This document shows, one piece after another, positions 42,251 to 54,495 of a stretch of 64,000 nucleotides of DNA. The translations under genes were made by a program, and so were the position numbers. How positions within the stretch are numbered: the stretch's first letter is position 1; every line of letters starts with the position of its first letter. This DNA comes from Octopus sinensis. Taxonomy: Eukaryota. The stretch covers positions 33,046,001-33,110,000 of the forward strand of contig NC_043003.1 in the NCBI RefSeq assembly GCF_006345805.1. The letters are read 5' to 3'. The notes below the pieces were generated by a model, which worked only from the letters and a program-made list of their open reading frames with translations, did not search any database and was not told where the DNA came from.

Positions 42251-44420
42251 CTTGCTATATTAACAATATAAAGGGATGTAGGAAATGCCCTACAGAGTGA
42301 TTCAGAGATTTTCTGAAGCCAAATCTAATGATTCTTTCATTAAATATTTGTTGAAGTTTTCTTTTATTTCAATTTCTCGAATTGTCAAATCGAACTGATG
42401 CAAACGGCTTTACAGCTAAGAGTGTTCCTGTTTGAATTTTAAGCTATCCGTCGTATGATATACTATGGATTCTTGGAAAAGTATTGGGATTTTGAATTTC
42501 GGAAGAGAGATTTTTGTTAAATTCGAATCAAAATCACCACCATGTTTACTTTTTAGTATACGTGTTACAAAAGAATTCGTTGTTCGCCCACAATCTAATC
42601 GCGATTATTTTATCACCATATTTCTATTGAAAATTTATCGGTTATTGGTTGCGATAAAATGTACTCTATTCATCTGTGACAGAATATGTTGTTAGAACAA
42701 TGATCCAATGGACAAGATTAACTAATGTAATTCTAGTGCAGATAAATTTCTGAGGTGTCCCATTGATTGAAAAGCGTTCGTAGAATTTAGCCTGAGATAT
42801 TTTTGACTGAGCAGAGCGTCTATGAATATCACAACCGTTTTTCTGCTGCGTAGTTTATAACAACTACATTATCAGGTGTATCCTTTCTGTCTCTACCTTC
42901 CAAAGCGGCAGAGTGTAAATAGAAAATAATTTGACTGTTATTTCTTGCAGATAAATTTATCACATGGAAACTTCCTCCTTCCTTCGAATTCATTTCTGCT
43001 ACTTTATTCAAAATAGTAAAGTAAAAACAGAACCATACAATTGCAGTACGAATATCTTTTTTCTACTTGTCTGTTCTGTCTGTCTGCCAGTCTGCCAGCC
43101 TGCCTATGTACATGTCTAAGATTTATCCCTTATGTTTCTTCCTCCATGGCTTTCTTCCCCCTTCCTTCCTTCCTTTAGTTAGTCAGTTCTCCATTTATTT
43201 TTACATTGATTTCTTTATTATTTCTTCCTCCATGGCTTTCTTCCCCCTTCCTTCCTTCGTTCCTTTAGTTAGTCAGTTCTCCATTTATTTTTACATTGAT
43301 TTCTTTATTATTTATTTCCCTATTTCCTGAAAGTTTATTCCCTCCACCCCTATATCTTGGCAGGGATTTTTCCGCTTCTTCCTTACCTTTCTGATCCTTT
43401 TCTTTCTCTTTTCTATAGCCCCCCCCCCGCCACCCGCCACCACATTTTTTTTAGCTTGTTACTATTTATGCTTGTTACTATTTATTGCGTTCGTACGTTT
43501 GTGTGTTTATTAAAGATTTCCAGTCAGAGACAAAAGAAAAGTTTTGTACATTTACAGAGGAATCGTAACCGAATCGATGAGACCAATGAAATGATAATGA
43601 AAAATAAAATAATAAACGTCGAACAAATAATTATTGTTTCTGATCAGAGTTAAATCTGTTCTCAATTATTTCATCGATTTCAAATTCGAAAGAAGAAAAA
43701 AGAAATACAAAAAGCAATTCGACTTTAGCCGATAATTAGCTCAATAATATTTTTAATTTTGTTAACAATTATCTATAGCAATAACAAAGACCGAACATTA
43801 TAAATGATATTTCACTAGACTTATTTTTATTGCGTGGTTTCACTACACGAGTGAGTACAGTTCTATTTTCCTAGGATAGGAGCGGTCTTTTTTTATTCTT
43901 TTTTTTTTCTCGTTGTATTACTAATATACTTAGGTTGAAATCAGCCATTTGAGGGTTTTCTGCTAGTAAGACCAAAAGACATGAGAATAAAGGATTATAT
44001 GACAGCAATAAACCTATTAACAACATCAGGTTCTTGTGTAAAAAAAAATAGGCAGACGGTTTGCTCTGTTACCCACACCACAACCTCAGCAACAACATAC
44101 ATACATACTGACACAACAGCGTCTACAACAACAGAATTAGAGGCAACGAATACAGCACCATCAACAACAGTAATAACAAGAACACCAGCAAAATTCAACA
44201 ACAGCAACTTCCAAACAGCATCAGCAACACCAAGAAATGTAGCAGTACAAGCAACGACAGCAACAACAGCAACACCAAAATGGAAGTATAGAAAACTTAG
44301 AGAGCAGTTCCGCCACTATGATCATAATAAGATTTCAACTTAATTTCCTTTATAAATCCACCAAAATACAAACACAGACACAAGCATTCAGATATACAAA
44401 CGTACTAACAACTGTAACAT

Positions 44421-44600
44421 TGGAGGCGCAATGGCCCATTGGTTAGCACAGCGGACTCGCGGTCGTAAGAACGCAGTTTCGAATCCCAGACCGAGCATTG
44501 TGAGTGTTTATTGAGCAAAAACACCTAATCTCCACGAGTCTCCGGCGGTGGGTAGTGGTGAACCTCGCTGTACTCTTTCACCACAACTTTCTCTCACTCT
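44421..44600 (+). mobile_element. 5' part of SINE family C
   Basis: TGGAGGCGCAATGGCCCATTGGTTAG..GTTTCGAATCCCAGACCG (A/B boxes); matches the reverse complement of 49230-49429. Confidence 0.8.
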
Positions 44601-45796
44601 TTCTTCCTACTTCTGCCACAAAGCAGAGGAACCATGGTGTAACCCACTATGGTGTGGTAAACTTTCAGACCCTAGTCTAGATTGCGAATCCTCTGTACCC
44701 CATGATGGTTCAGCTCTCCACCTGTTAAAAGCCACAGTTTACGGAATGAGGATAACAACGTACCTTTCGCCACACGCATACTTAGTAGCTTAGAGTAGGC
44801 TCGAATTAGAGATTATTCTTTGTGGCTAGTGCCGTGTGTCCTGATTGGAAGAAGAAGAAGAAGAAGAAGAAGAAGAAGAAGAAGGCAACAGCAACATCAA
44901 CAGATGGAGGGAATATATCTCAGAGTGTGTCTGCATACTAAATATTCATGCGGTAGTTTCACATATGGAATATAATGGGTTGAAATATACCTTGATTAAC
45001 TGCTCTATACTTGCAATTAGTAAACAACTTTATAGATTTTTATAAGTGTTTAAATTGTAAAAATTGAAAAGCATGCGAGATAACACAATTCATATTGAAC
45101 AAGTGAATTTGTTAAAAAAATAACGACACTACATAAGATGGGATTTGGTCATTACGATAAACCACAGAAAGTAACACTCATATTGCGATTTTATTGGAGT
45201 TCCTTAGAGAAGTATACTCCAATTAATGTCCGACTGTGATAATCTATATCGGTATATATATTTTCATACACGTATTTACCTCTACATACATACACACACA
45301 CACACATATATGGGTATATCTCTGCAAACTTATACTCACGCATTGATGTATGAATATATGTCAAGATAGATGGAATACTATATCTCACAGACAAACACAT
45401 GCACAAACTCACAATACCTCTGCTAACCACTCTCAGTGTAGCTAGAAACAACAGCAGATTGATGAAGCTTACAGCAAAAATAAAAGTTGAACGTGCAAAG
45501 CTCATGCGATGCTCATTCCTAGAAGACCAAAGTATAGAAATCTATTCAGATAAAGAAGTCTAATGCAATTCTAAAGAAAAAGTTCTGAAAAAAATTGTGA
45601 ATGTTCCTGGCAGAGCAGAGAAGAATCGTTAAGAGAGGTGGGTGCTGTGAAAGAAGTCGTTACTCTCGAGAAGACCGGATTTTAGTCCACCAGGATCAAG
45701 ATTAGTGGTATTTCTTTCCATTTTGTGAACAAGGTGGCTTCCTGAGAGTAAGTTTTATAAATGTACCCGGGGTGGCATAGAATTCAAATCAAGTAA

Positions 45797-47265
45797 ATGA
45801 AATTTGGTTGCTTTGAGCGAGTCCAGGATTTCCATAGCGCATGCACTCACACTCTTTTCGCCGGCTGCGATGCTTACGCATCTTGTGGTCAACCAGAATC
45901 AAGCACGGAGGTAGCAGTGCTTTTACAGAACAGTTTGAATCATAAGATAAGAGTAAGCTTCTTCCACCAGACTTTGAAGTCGGACGTTCACAGCAACGAA
46001 TGTAGTGCATTCATACTACTAGTTGTCAATTCCCCAAATGGACATTTGGAATCTTGGGAACACCCAACACTTGTAATATTAGATGGTGACTGGTAAGGTA
46101 TACTAGACACACGCTGGCATTTTGATAACTGCTGCGAAAAGCCGATTAAAGCGGCTGAGGTACAGTTAGTGTTAAATCGTTGTATGTGGAGCAACCATAT
46201 GCCAAACTTTTTCGATAACATCTTGGCAGTTGTCTACTGCTAAAACTAACTGTACAGCATGGAAATTTATAGTTCAATGACCAAGGGATTTGTAGTGTTT
46301 ATGAGAGAGCGCGAGAAAAAGCAAACATTAACAAAGGGGATTTTATTTACATTTTCCGACCTATTATCTTGCTCGATACAATTTTAAGATTTTGTTCAGG
46401 ATGCTAGCAAGGAGTTTGGCAGTTGTCATTAGTATGTGATCAGTAAAACACCGGCATACACGATCCGGAAAAATTTATCTCAAACGATATATCTTCATTG
46501 GGCCAGATATCTCACTTGGTTACAATTGGGCTTTGATCATGTTCGATCAACCAGAGGTTTTTGATGGAGGTGATATTGTCACTTGGCAACTTTACCCTAT
46601 GCAAACTGTTTTGCTACGGTTTTCAGAAGCTAGGCTGCTTTATTGTGTCGTGGTATCAGCTTTTTAGTCAGATTTAATGGCTGTTTTCGGAAAATATTCG
46701 AAGTTTCCCCTCAGTCCATCGCATGTGTCCTCTTGGCAGCGTTCCGTGTGCAGAAACCGTTACGGCAATGATAGCTGACGCTATGCAAAATGAATCAATA
46801 CGTAGTTGTTATGAGAACAAAGACTAACCCACACAAATCGGTATCACATGTGAAAAGAATCTACTACTGAAAAGTAATATAGTACCACTTGACCTTCGTA
46901 ATTTGCATTAATATTCATCTGACCATTTTTAAAAATCTGTGCTTTCACCTCATGTTGAAGGGAAACGTTCTGCTTTTGAAGAGTTCTGTCTGATCCTAAA
47001 ACCTTTCGTGCAATGGTTTTGTTATGCTGTAGCTGACTACGCGCAGACATACACTTATGCTGCTGCGGTATCTACACATGTTCCTGAACGGTGAGTAACT
47101 TCGACATGATTTTCCAGTTAGTCTTTTTTGAGATAACTGCAGTTATGGTCAAACAAAACCAAACTTTGGCGCTTATGAGTTTGAAAATTGTCAAATGCTC
47201 ACAAGAGACAGTCAGAGTGGTCATATGAATATATAAATTAGCATTTCGCGGATGATTTGTTGTGC
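45797..47265 (+). mobile_element. L1/Tx1-type LINE relic (APE endonuclease and RT fragments, heavily decayed and internally deleted)
   Basis: ORF 45797-46096 EVAVLLQNSL..AFILLVVNSPNG..LVILDGDW (GDxN-like); about 46350 FRPIILLD / FKILFRMLARSLAVVI; ALIMFDQPEVFD (LDxxKAFD-like); HFADDLL at 47242 may be the RT catalytic motif, but its linkage is uncertain. Confidence 0.6.
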
Positions 47266-48439
47266 GTAGGATTAATGGCAATCAACAGACGTGGTAGAAA
47301 TCTGGGCATCAGCGAGATTGAATTGACACTATTCTTTCTGAAGGAAGTTAAGGCTCGGGAAAAATGGATAATTTCCAGAAATTTCTGGACTGATAGTAAC
47401 ACCAAAGGACATTGCTTTTTAAAGATTAAACAGAAAACTGAAATAGTGTCATCTGCAGGATCTTTTCACGTTGTACACAGAGTGTTAAAATTCTTATTCA
47501 CTAGTTTAGTGTTCAGGCATTGCTGAATTATCGTGTATCATGAAACAGTGATTTCACGACACACGATAAGTGTATGTAGGATGTATTCGGCCGCCGACCG
47601 TGTCCAATATGTAATTTGTCTTTTCTCCTTACGTGAATATTATTACCAAAGAGGGTATTTGGTGGAGGCAACAGAAGGTTCAGAAGGGGGATATTTTTTC
47701 TCTAAGGCAAAACCCTCATTGAACATCTTGTTTGGTGAGGCTGTTGGATGAAAAGTGCTAAGTATAACTCGAGAAAAAGTGCTTATTTTCAACACCTGAC
47801 TTTATGGCGGGGAATTACACATGAAAGAGGGCACTAAATGAGGACATGTGGGTTCCATAAGTGGCTTTAGATTGTGTCCCTTTCGTTTTCTTCTTTGCTT
47901 GAATCCCAATTTCAACGTAAGTTACCTCACGTTTTGCATTTAGTCTATTTAATGTGGCATTAACTTTCACCATTGTTCCCTCCTCAAACAGCATCATCAT
48001 CGTCATCATCATCATCATCATTATTATCATCATCCGCCTCTTCATCCTCCTCCTCCTCATCAACAAATCATCGTCATTATAAATAGAAAATAAGATTAAT
48101 ATTTGCCAGTAAGTATATCGCTGTGTATTGAGTGGACTTTAAACTACTTTAAAAAAAAATATTGACAACAGAAGAGACTAAAATGATTGTAGTTATACAT
48201 AAATCAAACAAAATATACCTGAATGTTTGTTGCTACTTCTGTCAGAAAAACAGGAATATCAACAATAACAACAATATCAATAAAACTACTGGAGAACATC
48301 AAAAGACGTTAACTACAAAGTTAAGCATCACTAACAACAACGAAAACCACAGTAAAATACACGCCACAGAATTAATTATACAATGTATGGATCAGAACAA
48401 CAGCAGACTTGATAGATAGATAAATAAATAAATAAATAA

Positions 48440-48905
48440 ATAACTTTTATCTTTTATCTTTTTCTTATTTCAGTCATTAGACTGCGGCCATGCTGAGGCA
48501 CTGCTTTAGAAAATTTTAATCGAATATATCGACTCCAGTACATACTATTCTTTGTAAAGCTTGGTGCTTATCGTAAACACATCATCGGGGACGTAAACAC
48601 ACCCACGTTAATTGGTGTGTCAAGCGGTAGTGGGTGACAAGCACACACACACACAGAGACACACACACATACACACACATACGAGGGGGTTCTTTCAGCT
48701 TCCATCTCCCAAATCCACTTACAAAGCTTAGGTCAGCCTGAGGCTATAGTAGTAGACACTTGCCCAAGGTGCCACGCAATGATACTGAACCCCACTTACA
48801 AAGCTTAGGTCAGCCTGAGGCTATAGTAGTAGACACTTGCCCAAGGTGCCACGCAATGATACTGAACCTGGAATCATGTGGTTGGGTAGCAAATACCTTA
48901 CCACT
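48440..48905 (-). mobile_element. SINE family B with an internal 77-bp tandem duplication (48715-48791 and 48792-48868)
   Basis: CCACTTACAAAGCTTAGGTCAGCCTGAGG..CACTTGCCCAAGGTGCCACGCAATGATACTGAACC occurs twice. Confidence 0.85.
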
Positions 48906-49049
48906 CAGTCAAGCTTGAGCCTATATGTATAAGTAAATAAATGCAGGACTGTGGGGTAGACGACAACACATTGTCCTTATCATCAACAACAACAAATGAC
49001 AACAGCAATAGCAACGACAGCAACAAGAACAGCAAAAAGAAATGGATGG

Positions 49050-49429
49050 AAGCACTCCATCGGTTACGACGACGAGGGTTCCGGTTGATCCGATCAACGG
49101 AACAGCCTGCTCGTGAAATTAACGTGTAAGTGGCTGAGCACTCCACAGACACATGTACCCTTAACGTAATTCTCGGGGATATTCAGCGTGACACAGAGAG
49201 TGACAAGGCCGGCCCTTTGAAATACAGGTACAACAGAAACAGGAAGTAAGAGTGAGAGAAAGTTGTGGTGAAAGAGTACAGCCGGGATCACCACCATCCC
49301 CTGCCGGAGCCTCGTGGAGCTTTAGGTGTTTTCGCTCAATAAACACTCACAACGCCCGGTCTGGGAATCGAAACCGAAATCCTACGACCGCGAGTCCGCT
49401 GCCCTAACCACTGGGTCATTGCGCCTCCA
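49050..49429 (-). mobile_element. Apparently full-length tRNA-derived SINE family C (about 380 bp)
   Basis: Minus strand TGGAGGCGCAATGACCCAGTGGTTAGGGCAGCGGACTCGCGGTCGTAGGATTTCGGTTTCGATTCCCAG (A and B boxes) followed by a non-repetitive body. Confidence 0.85.
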
Positions 49430-50021
49430 CATGCAAAAAGAAATAAGCAACCTTAAATAACTGCCTCTGTCATACGATTAACCGTCTAATTTCCCATCCT
49501 TCTCTACCATAATGAAAATAATCCATTCTACTATTGGCACAAGACCTGGAACTTTGGGGAAGAAGGATAATCGATTGCACTGTTCCCAGAGTTCAAATGG
49601 TACTTATTTTAACGAATCCTGAAAGGATGAAAGATAAAACCAAAATATATATCTAAAAGAATATCTATAATTTTTTTTAATATTATTAGTTATTACTAGT
49701 ATTGTTGTTATACATACATACATACATACATATATACAAGCATACGTAATAATAATAATGATGATATTAATAGTAATAATAAGTGGATGTAAACATGAAC
49801 AAAATAAAAAATAAGAATAAACAAAAACAAAACCAAATTACACGGACGTATATAAACAGAAGATACAAATATTACAGGCATTCCCCCCACACACATACTC
49901 ACTAACTAAACATAGACGCACATAGAGATATACGTATGCGCAAATGAAGTCATACAATAGAAATACAAAATGGTTGACGGTTAGTAAGGAGAGACACACA
50001 AATAAGAAAGAAGAAAGCAAA

Positions 50022-50066
50022 GGACCACTGATGCGGTCACAGGAGTGTGACGAAAGAACTCTGGCC
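50022..50066 (+). ncRNA. Near-canonical type-I hammerhead motif with one core substitution
   Basis: GGACCA-CTGATGC-G-GTCA CAGGAGTG TGAC-GAAA-G AA C-TC-TGGCC: helix I (one bulge), helix II (4 bp) and a 2-bp helix III with a CUC site all pair; core A9 is C. Confidence 0.55.
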
Positions 50067-50559
50067 GAAATACGATTAAGATTAATTTAAAAAATAAATA
50101 ACACTGAAGCAAAGTAACACCAAATATATGGTGCGTGGGTTTTTATTGGCTAAACTGGGAAAATGACTATTCCGAAATACAACAATGTCTGTTTCAACAC
50201 ACGACTTCACATAAAAAAATCTTGCACAACAAATATATAAACGTAATATCTATAAGCCTTATAGGAAGCCCAACGATAGACTTGCACATTCACTTCGTTT
50301 CTCCTCCAAAATTGAATGCTCTTAGCTTAGATTTCTAGGACCAGCCTGATTTGAACAGTCTCAAGTGTAACTGGCGGAAACTGTAAAGATGATCTGGAAA
50401 CTTGACTAATGAGAGATGGCTGTGAATGACCTGTACTTGTTTTTCATGTCCGCCTTTTTCTTGTTTTTCCTGTCCGTCTTTCTATCGTCTCTCTCTCCGG
50501 AATTAGACAATTTATAGCTTTATTGTCGTCTGTTGCATTCTTGCTTTATTTTAGGGATT

Positions 50560-50621
<62 letters not shown>

Positions 50622-51689
50622 TGTGTGTGTGTGTGTATAAAGATTAATATAAATATTAAAGATTAAATATATATGTAAAGATTAATATAAATATTAATAA
50701 ATAACAACAACAATAATATAATTGGACAGCAAGCATTAAAGCCAAAAAGGCAAATTCATAAATCTATATTTAATCATTAATTATAATTGAGGGTTTACGA
50801 AGTAAAGGCGTTGCTAGAAATAAGAGTCGAAAAATACTAAAATAAGCCACCATTTCACTGAAAATTCAACAGGCTGACGAAAATCGAGGAACGAGCAACA
50901 TTCACCTTACAATTGCGGCTGAAAATCGCAAATAATGACCGCAGATATAGTGATATCACGTGTTTTCGAACTTTGAGATATTTCTCTTAGTTTCCAGTAG
51001 GCTACGCTGTTGCCAAGGGTTAAATTTATACTCACTTCGTCATTCCTGTCAAAATCTATGAAAGACCAGCGCCAAATTCAAACGATATCAGTGTATAATT
51101 ATACATAAATAAATAAAGATATTGGTATTATTAATAATAATAACAACAACAATATATGTGGCCAGCAAACATTAAACCCCAAAACGCAAATTCTTAGATT
51201 TTCGTCAGCCTGTTGAATTTTCAATGAAATGGTATATGTATACATATACAGTGGAGCACACAAATACGGACGTTTCTCTAAATTAACAAATTGAATAAGG
51301 GATGGATATTCAGTTAAAATCATATAAAGCAATGAACTTTTTATAATGTACTCGGCGAGTATAAACAAACCATAAGCTAGCTGCAAAAAATGTATAGCGA
51401 AGAGTTTTCTGAAGAAAATTATATTCAGCCAACGAGCTGAAATTTGAACGACCAGCCAGTAGTTGACTACGCACACATATAAGCAGGTGAGTGAACGGGA
51501 ACCTACGATTCGTTGCCGTCCATGTACAGATTTCATGTAGCTTGCAAATTTATATATCCTATATAGAAAATACTGTTTCTTATAGTTTTTGCTAAAAGTA
51601 TAACTGTGAATTGACAGCAGTAAGACAAAAGGAAAATGCAAACACACAGGCAAACCCAAAAAGACAGATGTATATATATATATATATAT

Positions 51690-51890
51690 AATATATATAT
51701 ATATAACGGGGAGGTTTACGAAAATAAACAAAAGACGAAGGCATGTGGAGTACAAACAAACAATGTATTAGTATGGCGCTCAGGAATAGAAATAAAACAA
51801 GTCTTTTACGTTTCGAGCCTAAGCTCTTCGACAGAAAGATACACAGAAAAGAAACGAGGGAAGAAAAAAATTGCGTGTAGGGGCTAACGA
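51690..51890. mobile_element. Penelope-like terminal-repeat fragment between (TA)n and (CA)n
   Basis: Contains a hammerhead motif; layout similar to 15541-15755. Confidence 0.5.
51802..51839 (-). ncRNA. Minimal type-I hammerhead with one core substitution
   Basis: Minus strand TCTTT-CTGTCGA-A-GAGC TTAG GCTC-GAAACGT-A-AAAGA: perfect helix I (5 bp) and helix II (4 bp), palindromic ACGT helix III; core A6 is T. Confidence 0.65.
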
Positions 51891-51893
51891 TTC

Positions 51894-51974
<81 letters not shown>

Positions 51975-52282
51975 TATATATATACACATATATATATTCA
52001 TACATTTATTATTTATTGATGGAATGAGACATTTTTTTTCCAATTTTCATGTGGAGTTTGGGTGTTTATTGGAACGAACTACCCCTCTTTATGTGTAATT
52101 CAGTTACTCATGTAACGAACAATTTGGTCAACACACAATTCTCAGGAACAGATTACCTTCGTATATAATGCCCTACCAACACCATGCGTGTATGTATATA
52201 CATAAACACACATATACGTACAAATATATATGTCCGCAAAGATTATGGTTCTTTGTTGGTTTTCTTCGTCGTTAATTGCTTT

Positions 52283-52501
52283 CAGTTCTATATTTAAGAG
52301 AAGAGGAATTATGTACATTATTTACATCATTTACATTTGACGGATGTTTGTCCTCATCTTGTTTGTTGTTAACACAACGTTTCGGCTGATATAGCCTCCA
52401 GCCTTCATCAGGTGTCTTGGGGACATTTCTAACCTGTGTTCTCATTCCTAAGGTATTTTTCGATGTTGCTGTTGTTGTTGTTGTTGTTATCATTATTATT
52501 A

Positions 52502-52577
<76 letters not shown>

Positions 52578-52727
52578 CATTATTATTACTATTTATTGCT
52601 GCTGTAAATATCATTCAAGTCACTGCTTGGAATCGAAATCGAAATCTTGGGGTTAGTAGCCCGCGCTCTTAACCACTACGCCATATGCTACTAACCCAAG
52701 ATTCCGAGTTCGATTCCAGTCAGTGAC
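52283..52727 (-). mobile_element. SINE-like element: tRNA-like head + (AAT)n/(AAC)n spacer + hammerhead ribozyme + 3' tail, with an inverted partial duplication of the head
   Basis: Head at about 52615-52687 with A-box TGGCGTAGTGG (52673-52683), CT-ACT-AA anticodon-like loop and B-box variant TTTCGATTCC; spacer about 52462-52590; hammerhead 52372-52415; tail to about 52283. Confidence 0.7.
52372..52415 (-). ncRNA. Minimal type-I hammerhead ribozyme with intact catalytic core
   Basis: Minus strand ACAC-CTGATGA-A-GGCTG GAGGCTATAT CAGCC-GAAACGT-T-GTGT: CUGAUGA and GAAA intact, helix I 4 bp, helix II 5 bp, palindromic ACGU helix III, GUU cleavage triplet. Confidence 0.85.
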
Positions 52728-52749
52728 ATGGATAATTATACAAGTGTGT

Positions 52750-52750
52750 A

Positions 52751-52834
<84 letters not shown>

Positions 52835-52947
52835 ATGAGAGAGAGGACAATGAGAGAGAGATATAGATAGATAGATAATAGATAGATAGATATACACATA
52901 TGTACATATATACATATATACATATATACATATATACATATATGTAC

Positions 52948-52979
<32 letters not shown>

Positions 52980-53111
52980 TATATATATATTTCTATAAAT
53001 GTGTATGCACACACACATATATACAGAGAGTGAGAGCGAGAGAGATAGTTAGATTGATAGATAGGTAGATAGTTAGATAAATGGATACCAAAATATGTAG
53101 ATAGATCGATG

Positions 53112-53159
<48 letters not shown>

Positions 53160-53212
53160 TACACATATGTACATATATACATATATACATATATACATAT
53201 TATGCACATATA

Positions 53213-53267
<55 letters not shown>

Positions 53268-53386
53268 CTATAAATGTGTATGCACACACACATATATACA
53301 GAGAGTGAGAGCGAGAGAGATAGTTAGATTGATAGATAGGTAGATAGTTAGATAAATGGATACCAAAATATGTAGATAGATCGATG

Positions 53387-53463
<77 letters not shown>

Positions 53464-53465
53464 GT
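52750..53465. repeat. (TA)/(GA)/(GATA)n block containing a tandem duplication of period about 275 bp
   Basis: TTCTATAAATGTGTATGCACACACAC..GGATACCAAAATATGTAGATAGATCGATG at about 52991 and 53266. Confidence 0.9.
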
Positions 53466-53889
53466 ATACAAAAACGAATGACAAACATCAACAAAAATGG
53501 CAAAAGCTACGAAGAAAAAGGTGTAACAATAAATGAAGAATAAGAATTTTCCGCAGAGAAACAACTTCGACCTCAAGTCTTCAGACTTTGTAATGTCAGA
53601 AGCCTTGTCAGAGTGTAGACATCCATCTGACAGCAGCCTCGTTTACTCACATTTTAATCTGACGAAACTTCCGGTTCAACGCCGCAGAGATGAACTGTGT
53701 TTTTCTATATGTCAGCATATCGACCTTTTACCGTTAGGACTTCCTTAAGCACACATAAAAAAATAAAAACAAAAACAGAAAAACAAAAGAAAAATTACAA
53801 TTACACTCACAAGACCAAACGCACGCAAGATTACATACATGCAGATGCACAATAACACATTCATACAGAAATCCACAAAGGCGCACACT

Positions 53890-53895
53890 TGAGGT

Positions 53896-53926
<31 letters not shown>

Positions 53927-54129
53927 TCACGTGTGTATATATATATGTATAAATCTATTGGAACATATATGTACATGTGTCCATGTCATATGTGTGGGTA
54001 TATATGTGTGTATGCATGTACGTATGTATGTATATATGTATGTATGTATATATATGTATATGTGTATATATATGTATGTATATATATATGTGTGTATATA
54101 TATATGTATATATATATATATGTGTATAT

Positions 54130-54199
<70 letters not shown>

Positions 54200-54372
54200 T
54201 ACATATACACACATACGTGGAAACATATTCTATAGACTATCACTACCCACATTTCAAAGAAAATGGGAAAATGTAAAGAACATAAAACAAAAGTAAATAG
54301 AAATAATAACATTAATAAAGAGCATTAAGAAATAATGATAATAATAATAATAATGATAATATAATAATAATA

Positions 54373-54420
<48 letters not shown>

Positions 54421-54495
54421 GAAGAAGAAGAAGAAGAAGAAGAAGAAGAAGAAGAAGAAGAAGAAGAAGAAGAAGAAGAAGAAGAAGAAGAAATG
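53890..54495. repeat. (TA/TATG)n, (AAT)n and (GAA)n microsatellites
   Basis: Directly visible. Confidence 0.95.

Noticed and set aside
43981-44343. Thr/Ala-rich 120-aa ORF resembling a mucin
   Set aside because: Explained by a decayed (ACA/GCA)n repeat; no signal peptide or domain.
51099-51755. Longest ORF in the track (218 aa)
   Set aside because: TTG/ATG start context unremarkable, crosses a (TA)n tract, and has no recognisable motif; likely chance or a decayed repeat.
52615-52687. Possible tRNA gene
   Set aside because: Acceptor and T-stems do not pair properly and it is fused to a repeat body; treated as a SINE head. The same applies to the heads at 44421, 49429 and about 9135.
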